Below, in pieces: positions 8,445-16,529 of a stretch of DNA of 47,176 nt. The position numbers and the translations under genes were made by a program. Within the stretch, counting starts at the first letter, position 1. Each line of letters opens with the position of its first letter. Under the pieces are notes generated by a model. It was given only the letters and a program-made list of their open reading frames with translations. It searched no databases and had not been told where the DNA came from. The stretch spans positions 1 through 47,176 of the IMG/VR virus record IMGVR_UViG_3300021411_000012; one strand, 5' to 3'. The stretch comes from a virus (Duplodnaviria > Caudoviricetes).

Positions 8445-8472
8445 ACTCTACCGGGTTTCCCGGGAGAGTCAA
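8445..8472 (-). promoter_or_regulatory. Leftward lytic promoter, probably leaderless
   Basis: -35 TTGACT (8467-8472), 16-bp spacer, -10 TAGAGT (8445-8450); GTG start 7 nt downstream. Confidence 0.65.
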
Positions 8473-8505
8473 GGATTTACCCGGAGAAACGGTCAGATTG
8501 CCCGG
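8456..8505. promoter_or_regulatory. Operator-like direct repeats TTNCCCGG x3
   Basis: Copies start at 8456, 8477 and 8498, an exact 21-bp period. Confidence 0.55.
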
Positions 8506-8511
8506 CTGCAC

Positions 8512-8540
8512 TTGGCAAATGGGGCAGACTGCCGTAGAGT
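8512..8540 (+). promoter_or_regulatory. Repressor promoter
   Basis: TTGGCA-N17-TAGAGT upstream of a GGAGG RBS and ATG 8581. Confidence 0.55.
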
Positions 8541-8580
8541 CCGGTAGCACGGAGGCAGGACGACGGCTAGGGAGGAAGAC

Positions 8581-8910
8581 ATGGCAATCAACCCGGAAGA
8601 TCTGGAGTACACGAAGGCGACCGTGGCGCGGAACCTTCGCGAGCTCAAAGCAGCCCGTCGCGTCAGCGATGAAGTCATCGGGGCTGGGATCGAGAAGCCC
8701 GGAAGCTGGGTCCAGGAACGAATGTCCGGCAAGCGCGACTGCAAGACGACCGAGCTAGCGCGCTTCGCGCTGTTCTTCGGGGTGTCGCTGTCGCGGTTCT
8801 TCCGTCTCGACGATGAACTCGGTACGCCCCCGGGGACTCGAACCCCGAACCTAGTGATATCGGGGCTGAGCGATGTCCGTGAGACTACAGCCGGCCAACT
8901 CGCTGCGTGA
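8581..8910 (+). CDS. Immunity repressor (XRE HTH) with an ssrA-like C-terminal tag
   Basis: VARNLRELKAARRVS...WVQERMSGKR..ELARFALFFGVSL HTH; ends ...AGQLAA. Confidence 0.85.
   Translation: MAINPEDLEYTKATVARNLRELKAARRVSDEVIGAGIEKPGSWVQERMSGKRDCKTTELARFALFFGVSLSRFFRLDDELGTPPGTRTPNLVISGLSDVRETTAGQLAA
8821..8858 (-). other. attP common core: 3' half of a tRNA
   Basis: Minus strand reads A-TCACT-AGGTT-CGGGG-TTCGAGT-CCCCG-GGGGCGT-ACC: anticodon-stem 3' strand, variable loop, T-arm and acceptor strand. Confidence 0.85.
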
Positions 8911-8962
8911 ATCGACATGAACCGGCGAACCCTTTACCCGCACTTGACCTGGCGTTAGATCG

Positions 8963-9841
8963 GTGATTGATTCAGAGCACCCTCACGCGGGCAGGGGCCT
9001 GGGCGCGTTGAGGTTGGTCGAAGGGGCAGACTTGTCATCGATCGACGCCCACCTCGCGCATCTTGCGCGCCTCAACCGCCGTCCCGGGACCATCCGCCAA
9101 CGTCGCTGGGCACTCCTCCGGCTCGAACGATTCCTGCACCCGCACCCAATCAACGACGCGAACGTCGACCAGCTCCGGGCATTCCTCGATCGCAAGCCCT
9201 ACGCGGCGGAGACGATGGCGTCACAAACGATTCATGTCTGTCGCTACTACCAATGGCTTGCCCGCGAAGGCCACCGTTTTGACGATCCGACTGTCCGGCT
9301 CGAGAAGCCTGCCCGGACCGTCCGCCTCCCGCGTCCGATGCCCGACGAGTACGTGACCCGGGCGTTGCATGAGGCACCGGAACCGATCCGGTCATGGTTC
9401 TACCTCGCCGCCTACGCCGGGTTGCGGGCCTGTGAGATCGGCCCGATCCGCGGTGAAGACATCGTGGGGAACCGGCTCATCATCCGCGAGCAGAAGGGTG
9501 GCGACATGGCGACGGTGCCGCTCTCCCCGATCCTCTTGCCTCTCGTTGCCCGGTACCCGCGGAAGGGCTGGTGGTTCCCGCACCGTGGCCGCGGACCGAA
9601 GGGTCCGACCTCCGCCGGTCAGGTGCAACGCCACGCGAACCATTGGCTGCACGACCATGACATCGATCACACGCTCCACACACTGCGCCACTGGTTCGGG
9701 ACCCAGGTGTACCGCCAGACCCGAGACCTGAAGCTCACCCAGGAGTTGATGCGGCATCGCAGCTCGGCGAGCACTGACGGCTACGTGAAGCTGTCACCGG
9801 GGGATGGGGATGATGCGGTGGGATTGCTCCCCGCGATGTGA
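8963..9841 (+). CDS. int: Tyrosine integrase lacking an arm-binding N-terminal domain
   Basis: AGLRACE (R), QKG (K), HTLRHWF (HxxR), MRH..STDGY (H, Y); only 292 aa. Confidence 0.92.
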   Translation: MIDSEHPHAGRGLGALRLVEGADLSSIDAHLAHLARLNRRPGTIRQRRWALLRLERFLHPHPINDANVDQLRAFLDRKPYAAETMASQTIHVCRYYQWLAREGHRFDDPTVRLEKPARTVRLPRPMPDEYVTRALHEAPEPIRSWFYLAAYAGLRACEIGPIRGEDIVGNRLIIREQKGGDMATVPLSPILLPLVARYPRKGWWFPHRGRGPKGPTSAGQVQRHANHWLHDHDIDHTLHTLRHWFGTQVYRQTRDLKLTQELMRHRSSASTDGYVKLSPGDGDDAVGLLPAM

Positions 9842-9882
9842 CCGTGTAGCTTCCGGCTCTACACGGAGCAGGGAGGTCGGCG

Positions 9883-10407
9883 GTGGGCGAATGGCGGGCC
9901 GATCCCACCAGACGGCATCAACACCGGTTCTGGGATAACCACTGGACCGATCACGTCGCCGACAACGGCGTCGCCAGCAGCGATCCGTACCCTGAAGGTC
10001 CACCGCCGCTGCCCCCACGTGCTGGCCCGTTGGGTTGGTGGCGCGCCCAGAACACTGCCCTTCACGCCGTGCTCATCGTCGGCGCGTTTCTCGGACTCGC
10101 CGCGCTCGTCAACGCGGCAGGCGGTAGCGGGGATACCGCAGCGACGTCGAGCACGAGATCCTACGGGGCCTACCAGGCTTGCAAGTCGTCGGTCACTGAC
10201 CGACTGAAGTCGCCGACCTCGGCGTCGTTCTCAAGCTTTGAGGACAGCGCGGTCACCGTGACGGGGTCCCGGTACAAGGTGGCGGGAACCGTCGATGCTG
10301 AGAACTCGTTCGGGGCGAGTATCCGAATGACGTTCCTGTGCAGCCTGCGTCTCACTGAGCATGGCGACCAGCTCAACTACGAAGCCCTTTCCGTCGACGT
10401 CGCCTGA
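9883..10407 (+). CDS. DUF2510-domain membrane protein
   Basis: GEWRADPTRRHQHRFWDNHWTDHV N-terminus, a transmembrane helix, and an extracytoplasmic ACK..V..RLKSP.SA.F...VDAENSFGA domain. Confidence 0.75.
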   Translation: MGEWRADPTRRHQHRFWDNHWTDHVADNGVASSDPYPEGPPPLPPRAGPLGWWRAQNTALHAVLIVGAFLGLAALVNAAGGSGDTAATSSTRSYGAYQACKSSVTDRLKSPTSASFSSFEDSAVTVTGSRYKVAGTVDAENSFGASIRMTFLCSLRLTEHGDQLNYEALSVDVA

Positions 10408-10417
10408 ACATGACGGT

Positions 10418-10450
10418 GCCCCGCCTCCGGCCGAAGCCAAAGACGGGGCA
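10418..10450. terminator. Hairpin between convergent operons
   Basis: tgccccgcct...agacggggca inverted repeat with one mismatch. Confidence 0.5.
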
Positions 10451-10484
10451 AGGTCACTCGCTGGGGGGGATGAGCGCAGCGAAC

Positions 10485-10838
10485 TCAGGTCATGATCGGC
10501 AGCTTCTCGAACGTGCCGACGAACCGCCTCGGCAAACTCGAGATCGTTGCGGTGAGCATCCACGCATAGGTCGCCGAGTCGGTACTCGCACCGATCTGAG
10601 TCTCCGTTCCCGCCCACGTCAAGGTGATGTTCGGCGTTCCTGTCGGCTCAGTCCCAGCTCCCGCCGCGCCTGTGATCCCAGTCGTCTTCGTGAGTAACGC
10701 CGCGGAGCCGATCAGCCCGACCTTGAGCTCGAAGGCGTACCCGGTCGAGAAGTCGATCAGGCTGCCGTCGTCGTCGAACAGCCAGAGTTCGCCTACGGGG
10801 CGTAGGGATCCCCAGCGATACGAGAGCTTCGATCCCAT
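10485..10838 (-). CDS. Virion-associated beta-sandwich protein (BppU/adaptor-like)
   Basis: D.DG..IDFSTGY.F.LK motif; last gene of the late operon. Confidence 0.5.
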   Translation of the reverse strand: MGSKLSYRWGSLRPVGELWLFDDDGSLIDFSTGYAFELKVGLIGSAALLTKTTGITGAAGAGTEPTGTPNITLTWAGTETQIGASTDSATYAWMLTATISSLPRRFVGTFEKLPIMT

Positions 10839-12083
10839 CTATCTCTGCTCCCTCGCGGTGGCGGTATGTCCTCGGTCGTGGATCGTCAACGTGTGTCCCG
10901 TGTCCTCGATCGTGCCAGTGTGGCCGCGGTCCCGATAGGTGAGCGTCAACGGGTTCGGATCATCTGGTGTTGCTGTACCCGTCGCGATGCAGATGAAGGC
11001 TTGAAGAACCGCGACGACAGTACCGATGACACTCGACCCGGACGCATCCGCGATCGCGTTGGCGAGCGTGACCGCCACAGTCCCGACAGGCCCGAACCCT
11101 CCCGATGCGGAAGCGGTGAACAGGTCGAGCGTGTCAGCAACCGACCCGGACGGCCCGGTACCACCCGAAGCATTCGAGGTGAATGCCCCGAGTATCGCGG
11201 CAGCAGCACCAAACTCGAGCGTTGGTCGTGGTGGGCTGAGAGGAAGCGGCGGACCAGCCGGTGGTGGCCGGAGCAGTACCGCTTGGAGCCACGGTTGGGT
11301 CGGTCGGGTCGTCGATCCAGAAGCGGCGGAAGTGAGAGGATCAAGTGTGTCAGCAACCGTCCCCGAGGGGCCCGTACCACCCGACGCGGATGATGTGAAC
11401 GCATCGAGAGTCGCGGCGACGGTGCCGGTAACCGTCGGGACGGCGACCCGTGCCGCGAATAGTGGCGGACCAAGGATCGGGAGTTGGATCCCGAGACGCT
11501 GAACCGCGAACAGGGTGTCGTACTGCGGGAGTTGCGGCGCGGTCGTCGAACCCGACGCGGATGAGGTGAACGCATCAAGGGTTTCGGCGACCGCGCCGGT
11601 CGGGTTGGTGATCCGACCGGTGAACAGCGGCGGGCCGAGAATCGGGAGGGCAAGCCCTACCGGGTAGACGTTGAGCAGCAGCGCCTGAACCTGTGGGAGT
11701 TGCGGTGCGGTGACAGAGCCTTGTGCAGTGTTGGTCAGGCCACCGAGGGTCTGAGCGCTGGTCCCGACAATGAGGTTCGTGTTCTTGAACAGTCGGGGAC
11801 CAAGGATCGGGAGTTCGATACCGATCGCAGGGGGCGAGTTGAGCAACACCGCATGGACTTGCGGCAGTTTCGGTGGAGTTACCGTCCCTTGCGCGGCACT
11901 CGTGAACGCATCGAAAGTTTCGACACTCGTCCCAAAGATCAGGTTCGTGTTCTTGAAGAGCGTCCGCCCGAGCGCCGGGAGGTCAAGCGCAGTCGCAGGC
12001 GGCGAGTTGAGCAGGACCGCGACGTTGGCGTCGTACGTCGTGACGGATTTGGTAACTACATCAGAACCTGTAGTCCAGGACAT
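10839..12083 (-). CDS. Repeat-rich tail fibre/appendage-like protein
   Basis: ~56-aa repeats (LPQ..A.LL..PP...LPILGP.LF...TLDAFTS.ASG) plus 21-aa repeats; rich in S, T, G and A. Confidence 0.6.
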   Translation of the reverse strand: MSWTTGSDVVTKSVTTYDANVAVLLNSPPATALDLPALGRTLFKNTNLIFGTSVETFDAFTSAAQGTVTPPKLPQVHAVLLNSPPAIGIELPILGPRLFKNTNLIVGTSAQTLGGLTNTAQGSVTAPQLPQVQALLLNVYPVGLALPILGPPLFTGRITNPTGAVAETLDAFTSSASGSTTAPQLPQYDTLFAVQRLGIQLPILGPPLFAARVAVPTVTGTVAATLDAFTSSASGGTGPSGTVADTLDPLTSAASGSTTRPTQPWLQAVLLRPPPAGPPLPLSPPRPTLEFGAAAAILGAFTSNASGGTGPSGSVADTLDLFTASASGGFGPVGTVAVTLANAIADASGSSVIGTVVAVLQAFICIATGTATPDDPNPLTLTYRDRGHTGTIEDTGHTLTIHDRGHTATAREQR

Positions 12084-12109
12084 CTCAGCCCGCCGTTAGG
12101 ACGCGCATG

Positions 12110-12461
12110 TCAGCCCTTCACGGGGACGGGCTGCCCACCCCAAGTGGGGGGGAGTGGCTTGTCGCACTCCGCGTCGAACGAGGTCTTCGTGGCGGTGGAC
12201 TCGTTCCCACTCGGCTTTGTGACCGTTGCGGGGGCTGTTGTCACCGTGAGCTTGTAGGTGGGTATGTCCTCGTCGGGGGACTAGCGCCTTGAGGGTGTTG
12301 TTATCCATTACGGGCCGCACCCATGCGGTGGTCCACTGATTCCCGAGCGCGTCCATGCCTGTCTTCTGGATCTGGCCTGGCTTCGGGATGCCTCTCGCGG
12401 CGCAGGAAGCGTCGTGGTAGTTCACGAACGAGGTCTTGTCTGCGAACTGCACCCATGTCAT
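12110..12461 (-). pseudogene. Tail-fibre-associated protein with a +1 frameshift in a C5 run (12275-12279)
   Basis: Removing one base gives ...KALVPDEDIPTYKLTVTT...PPTWGGQPVPVKG* (116 aa), ending 1 nt before the next ATG. Confidence 0.55.
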
Positions 12462-12501
12462 CGCGCTAAGCTCCGCACGTCATCTGACAAAAGGGCAGGA
12501 T

Positions 12502-12609
12502 ATGAAACGCTTGCTGCGTGCTGTGTGGCATCGGATCGCGTGGCGTAAGGACGACACGCCAGCGGACTACTGGGAGAACCAGCCGAACGTCGGTCCGCCA
12601 CAGCGCTGA
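12502..12609 (+). CDS. Small opposite-strand ORF (35 aa)
   Basis: MKRLLRAVWHRIAWRKDDTPADYWENQPNVGPPQR exactly fills the gap and abuts the stop of the convergent gene. Confidence 0.4.
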   Translation: MKRLLRAVWHRIAWRKDDTPADYWENQPNVGPPQR

Positions 12610-13551
12610 TCACGGCGTTCCCCACTTCGCTTTCAGATAGTCCTGGACTGATACGCGGTCGCCGTCGCTCAACGCGGTTGGATACATGACGATCTCAGCG
12701 ATAAGTCCATCCCACCAACCGCCGACACCACCCGCGTATGTAGCCCCTACCCACAGCACACCAGGGTTGAAGTTCGTCGTGACACTTGACATACTCCCGC
12801 CAGCCGTTCCGTTTTTCCAATGGTTCCAGGCAGCACCATTGCGTTTGACGGTGAACTGGACGGCGGAACCCGTTGTGGGTGCGGTTGTATAGGAGTTGCT
12901 GTTGTAGTCAGTCTCGAAAGCGTCAGCGTTGGTGTGAGACATGACGATTGCGCTCGACGTGTTGTCATAATCGTTCGTCGTGCTCGTTGTCGTGAACGTC
13001 GTAACGCGCGGGTTGTTGGCGTTCTTGGCGTCCGAGAGAAAGACGGCTAGCCATGTCATTGTGTTGACGTTGAACGCGAACGACGTGTTGCTTAGGTAGT
13101 CGGCCGTGCCATCGAAGTCGATGGCATTCAGGCTGTTGATCGTGCGTGTTCCAGTAGTCGGCTGGTTACTTCCTGTGCCTTGCGTCAGGTGGTAGCCGTT
13201 GCCCGACTTGTCATTCCACTGGGAGACCGCAACGCCACTCGCGGTTATCGATGAGGTGTCGGACGCGTCATACCAGGCGGTGTAACCCGCAATGGGAGGT
13301 GTGGACGCGGGGACTCGCCCGAAGACTTCCCAGTCGTAAGTCCCGACAGCGAGCCCCGCATCGACATAGCTCGTCGTGGTGATGCCCGCCGCGATCGCCG
13401 TATCCACCGCCGGATCGAACGCAGCCCTAGTCGACGGTGAACGGCGAAACACTGAATAGTCGGCGACGCCACCCGTGCCCGACGCATCCCAAGTGAGCAA
13501 CGCCTTCTTGCCGGAAAGCGCGACAAAGAGATTCGTCGGATCCGCAGGCAT
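12610..13551 (-). CDS. Tail fibre/receptor-binding protein: FN3-like plus LamG/ConA-like lectin domain
   Basis: N-terminal LTWDAS..YSVFR..TTSYVD; AWYDASD..VSQWNDKSGNG, FDGTADYL and GLIAEIVMY..YLKAKWG. Confidence 0.75.
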   Translation of the reverse strand: MPADPTNLFVALSGKKALLTWDASGTGGVADYSVFRRSPSTRAAFDPAVDTAIAAGITTTSYVDAGLAVGTYDWEVFGRVPASTPPIAGYTAWYDASDTSSITASGVAVSQWNDKSGNGYHLTQGTGSNQPTTGTRTINSLNAIDFDGTADYLSNTSFAFNVNTMTWLAVFLSDAKNANNPRVTTFTTTSTTNDYDNTSSAIVMSHTNADAFETDYNSNSYTTAPTTGSAVQFTVKRNGAAWNHWKNGTAGGSMSSVTTNFNPGVLWVGATYAGGVGGWWDGLIAEIVMYPTALSDGDRVSVQDYLKAKWGTP

Positions 13552-13576
13552 CGGTCTCTCCGTTCGTGTGTCAGTA

Positions 13577-13616
13577 CCGCAGGCGCCCGACCAGTTGGAT
13601 AGCCGGGCGTCTGCGG
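13577..13616 (-). terminator. GC-rich hairpin in the intergenic space
   Basis: ccgcaggcgcccg / cgggcgtctgcgg, 13-bp stem with one mismatch. Confidence 0.45.
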
Positions 13617-13637
13617 ACTAGCGGAGGTATGGCCGAC

Positions 13638-14114
13638 TTACACCCACTGCAAGAAGTTCAGCGTGTACTGAAGGTCCGTCGCAGCAGTGAACACGGCGGG
13701 AGCACCCAGCGCGATCACGTTGAGGAACAGGTTCGCGGAACCCGCCGTCAAGAAATCGAGCCACAAGTTCCCAGCAGTGATCGACTGGTTCAACGCCGAC
13801 GCGACCGGCGCAGCGCACTGGTATTGGATCACCTGAAGACGCGAGTTCGCATCCGACCACGAGTTCGCCGCATTGTCAGCCGCGGGGGTCGACGCCGCGT
13901 TGAACAACCGCATGTCAAGCGCGCCCGTCGTGTTCGTCGACGAGTTCTGCACCATCACCGACGTGAGGACACCTTTGCCACCCGACGCCGCAGCAGCACC
14001 TGTGACGGTGAGCTCGGCGCCGAGCATGTCGCCCGCGGTGTACGCGGTGATCGATGTCGTCAACCCGGAGGCGGTTACGACGACCTGAGCGGGTTGCAGT
14101 GTTGAGAGTGCCAT
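13638..14114 (-). CDS. Virion structural protein, paralog of the C-terminal part of 21351..22019
   Basis: AYTAGDMLG / GGKGVLTSV / ADNAANSWSDA resemble AYATGDCLG / GYGGVIQSV / GDNNPVAFSDA. Confidence 0.6.
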   Translation of the reverse strand: MALSTLQPAQVVVTASGLTTSITAYTAGDMLGAELTVTGAAAASGGKGVLTSVMVQNSSTNTTGALDMRLFNAASTPAADNAANSWSDANSRLQVIQYQCAAPVASALNQSITAGNLWLDFLTAGSANLFLNVIALGAPAVFTAATDLQYTLNFLQWV

Positions 14115-14148
14115 CAGTGGCCCTTCCTATTGAGAGAACAATGAACGG

Positions 14149-14337
14149 TCATCGCATTTCGCCCCGCGGGACCATGATCCCACCGACGCTCGTTTGGCCC
14201 ATCCACCACTTGAACGCTTCGCGGCACTGGGCACACAAAATCTTGGGGATGGGCGCCATGGCATGGATGTGGATGGTGACCAGGATGCAATCCCCATCCT
14301 CTTCGAGAGCGTCGCAACGATCACATGAACGGATCAT
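14149..14337 (-). CDS. Small Zn-ribbon protein
   Basis: CDRC...LCAQC. Confidence 0.5.
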   Translation of the reverse strand: MIRSCDRCDALEEDGDCILVTIHIHAMAPIPKILCAQCREAFKWWMGQTSVGGIMVPRGEMR

Positions 14338-14687
14338 CCGTAGCCCGCCAACGCGGAGCGGTGTTCGACGAACCAGTCGTGCTGTTCGCCGGTCACGGAC
14401 GGTTCGTGAGGCTCGAAGACGCGGACACCGTTCACGGTGAACTGTTCTCGGAGTTCGTGATCGGCGAGGAACTGGAGGGTGCAGAAAACCCGGGAGATGA
14501 CGTCGGTATCTGTCCAGCTAGGAGGAACCACGAACCGGTCCCCGAACTCTCCGAGCTGTCCGGCGTTGCGGTTGTCGGTTGGGAGTTCGGCAGCTCCGAC
14601 GTGGATCCATTCGTGGTCGGCGTCTCTGGTGATCCAGATTCGCCAGCCCGTACAGATGATGGACGCGGCAAGAGCATCGAGATCCAC
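14334..14687 (-). CDS. Hypothetical phage protein
   Basis: HELREQFTVNGVRVFEPH motif seen in actinophage proteins. Confidence 0.6.
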   Translation of the reverse strand: MDLDALAASIICTGWRIWITRDADHEWIHVGAAELPTDNRNAGQLGEFGDRFVVPPSWTDTDVISRVFCTLQFLADHELREQFTVNGVRVFEPHEPSVTGEQHDWFVEHRSALAGYG

Positions 14688-15080
14688 CTATGCGTTCGGA
14701 GCGGTGATCGTGAACGACGAGATCGCGACGGGACCACCGATGACGATGCTCGTCGTGTTGAGGTTCAAGTCGGAGCCCGAGGTCGAGACATCGCCATCGA
14801 TGACGAACGTCCCACCGGAAGTCGTGACCCGAAACCATGTCGCCGTCCCCGTCGCGTCCGCAGACGAGTCGTTCGTGATCGCGTTGAGGGTCAGCACCCC
14901 GCCCGAAGCTGCCGGTGCCGCAGTCGCAGACAACGGCAGGTGAGCGAGTTTCGTGGTTGCCGCGCCACCCGATGCTGGCCGTGCGCCGTTATAGATATCG
15001 ACGAACCCGGAGGAGCCGATCGCGGTGGTGATCGCGTCGAGCAGCCCGTTCCGTGCGGAGGTTGAAAGCGCGAGAGTCAT
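14688..15080 (-). CDS. Virion structural protein (tail/fibre-associated)
   Basis: RNGLLDAIT..IYNGARPA..ATGTATWFR..IDGDV..SGSDLNLNTTSI; familiar phage structural family. Confidence 0.7.
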   Translation of the reverse strand: MTLALSTSARNGLLDAITTAIGSSGFVDIYNGARPASGGAATTKLAHLPLSATAAPAASGGVLTLNAITNDSSADATGTATWFRVTTSGGTFVIDGDVSTSGSDLNLNTTSIVIGGPVAISSFTITAPNA

Positions 15081-15096
15081 GGGTGCTATGTCTCCA

Positions 15097-15186
15097 TCAG
15101 TCGATATGGATACGGGGGATCACTTCGAGCGCAAGCCAGATCGCCGCGAGGATCAGAACGACCGTCACCAACAGGTTCCGCAACAT
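15097..15186 (-). CDS. Small membrane peptide (29 aa)
   Basis: MLRNLLVTVVLILAAIWLALEVIPRIHID; TGATG coupling. Confidence 0.45.
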   Translation of the reverse strand: MLRNLLVTVVLILAAIWLALEVIPRIHID

Positions 15187-15365
15187 CACGACTCCTCATC
15201 GTCGCCGGGGGGTAGCCCGAGCGCCTTCTTCAACTCGCGGACCTCACGCAACGCGGACGTGAGCCGGCTGTTCACAAGCACATGGATCTGATCGAGCTTC
15301 CGTAGAATCCACCAGAACGCGAGTACCGCTACAGCCAGGAGCAGGAGGCCGAACGCCCAACGCAT
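15186..15365 (-). CDS. Membrane protein, lysis-cassette associated
   Basis: MRWAFGLLLLAVAVLAFWWILRKLDQIHVLVNSRLT...; the IHxLVNSR motif follows a transmembrane helix. Confidence 0.6.
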   Translation of the reverse strand: MRWAFGLLLLAVAVLAFWWILRKLDQIHVLVNSRLTSALREVRELKKALGLPPGDDEES

Positions 15366-15637
15366 TAGCAGTGCTCGTCGAGATGTTCGAGTCGGTCGAT
15401 ACCTTTCACGATCGCGTCAAGCGCACGTTGCCGGGCCACCGCATCACCAGGCGGGGCAGAGAACGACTCCCTCAACCCGACCCACGGGCCTGCCAACTCC
15501 CGCGCAATACATTCGGTGCGGTTCTGCGAATCTGCGAAGTTCGTCGCGAAGAAGTAGCCGCCCGTCGCCATGATCAGCAGCAGAGCGAACGAGATGAGCC
15601 CCAACAGTCCTGACGGTGTACGCACGAAGTTCCTCAC
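15365..15637 (-). CDS. Membrane protein, lysis-cassette associated
   Basis: Transmembrane helix and two Cys residues; coupled. Confidence 0.6.
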   Translation of the reverse strand: MRNFVRTPSGLLGLISFALLLIMATGGYFFATNFADSQNRTECIARELAGPWVGLRESFSAPPGDAVARQRALDAIVKGIDRLEHLDEHC

Positions 15638-15891
15638 GCGCTGCCCCTTCCCGGAATCGCGATCCCGTGGGATTCCAGCAAGAACCGATATGTCGCCCGT
15701 TCTTCTTGGCAGCCCCGATGCTCCCGCTCTAGGTTCCCTAGCCGTTTCTCGAGCCTCTCGATCCGCTCATACGCCGGCTTCAACAGGCGTTGCTCCTGAT
15801 CGACACCGAGCCGGACGATTCGCCAGATCAGGATTGCGAGCGTCCCGAACAGGCCGCTGATCCCTGCTGCCGGTATCAGATCCCCGGTCAT
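15634..15891 (-). CDS. Transmembrane plus coiled-coil protein (holin-accessory-like)
   Basis: MTGDLIPAAGISGLFGTLAILIWR..ERIERLEKRL; ATGA start at 15891. Confidence 0.6.
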   Translation of the reverse strand: MTGDLIPAAGISGLFGTLAILIWRIVRLGVDQEQRLLKPAYERIERLEKRLGNLEREHRGCQEERATYRFLLESHGIAIPGRGSA

Positions 15892-16529
15892 GGCCCACCG
15901 AACCAGACTGCGACGAACCGTCGTCCCTGCCCATCCATCGCTTCTCCAATCCCTGCATGAGTGAACGCACCGAGGATGTTCGCCCGATGTGCCGGTGAGG
16001 CCATCCACAACGCTTCGAACTGGTCGACCGTGAACGTGGCCGACGCGTACGCGATGTTCTCGCCGAGCGCACGGAACTCCCGGTTCAGGCCGGACGAAAC
16101 CCCGATACCAACAAGGTCGGAATGGACGAGCGCACCGAGCGCGGCGATACGTTGCGCGGCCGATTGTGCGAATGCGGTCAACAGGCCGTGAGGGGCGAGG
16201 GGGGCGAGACCGTTCGCGGCACGGTCACGGTTCATCGCCCCGATGAACCCACCCACCAGGACAGGTGGAAGCGAGGCAGTGGTCGGGGCCGCTGTAGGTG
16301 GTGCCAGGAACCGTGTGGTGGGCGGGCTGGTGACTACCGCCCCGGTCGTTGTCGGCGCCTCAGAAGTCGTTGTAGCGGGAGGTTCCGTCGTCGTCGTCGT
16401 GGCCGGCGCGCTCGAGGGGGACGGGCGGGGTAGGACACGTTCCGGTGGGTCCGAGATCGTGGCGATCATGATCGCGGTGCCCGTGAACAGCAGCGCAGCC
16501 AACGCCGCGAGGACACGGACGAGGCGCAT
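15888..16529 (-). CDS. CAP/SCP-domain secreted protein
   Basis: Signal peptide, P/T linker, NRDRAANGLAPL, GENIA and WMASPAHRANIL..FTHAGIG. Confidence 0.88.
   Translation of the reverse strand: MRLVRVLAALAALLFTGTAIMIATISDPPERVLPRPSPSSAPATTTTTEPPATTTSEAPTTTGAVVTSPPTTRFLAPPTAAPTTASLPPVLVGGFIGAMNRDRAANGLAPLAPHGLLTAFAQSAAQRIAALGALVHSDLVGIGVSSGLNREFRALGENIAYASATFTVDQFEALWMASPAHRANILGAFTHAGIGEAMDGQGRRFVAVWFGGP

Noticed and set aside
8821-8900. Complete tRNA gene
   Set aside because: Only the 3' half is present; there is no canonical anticodon loop, D-arm or 5' acceptor strand, so it is an att core.
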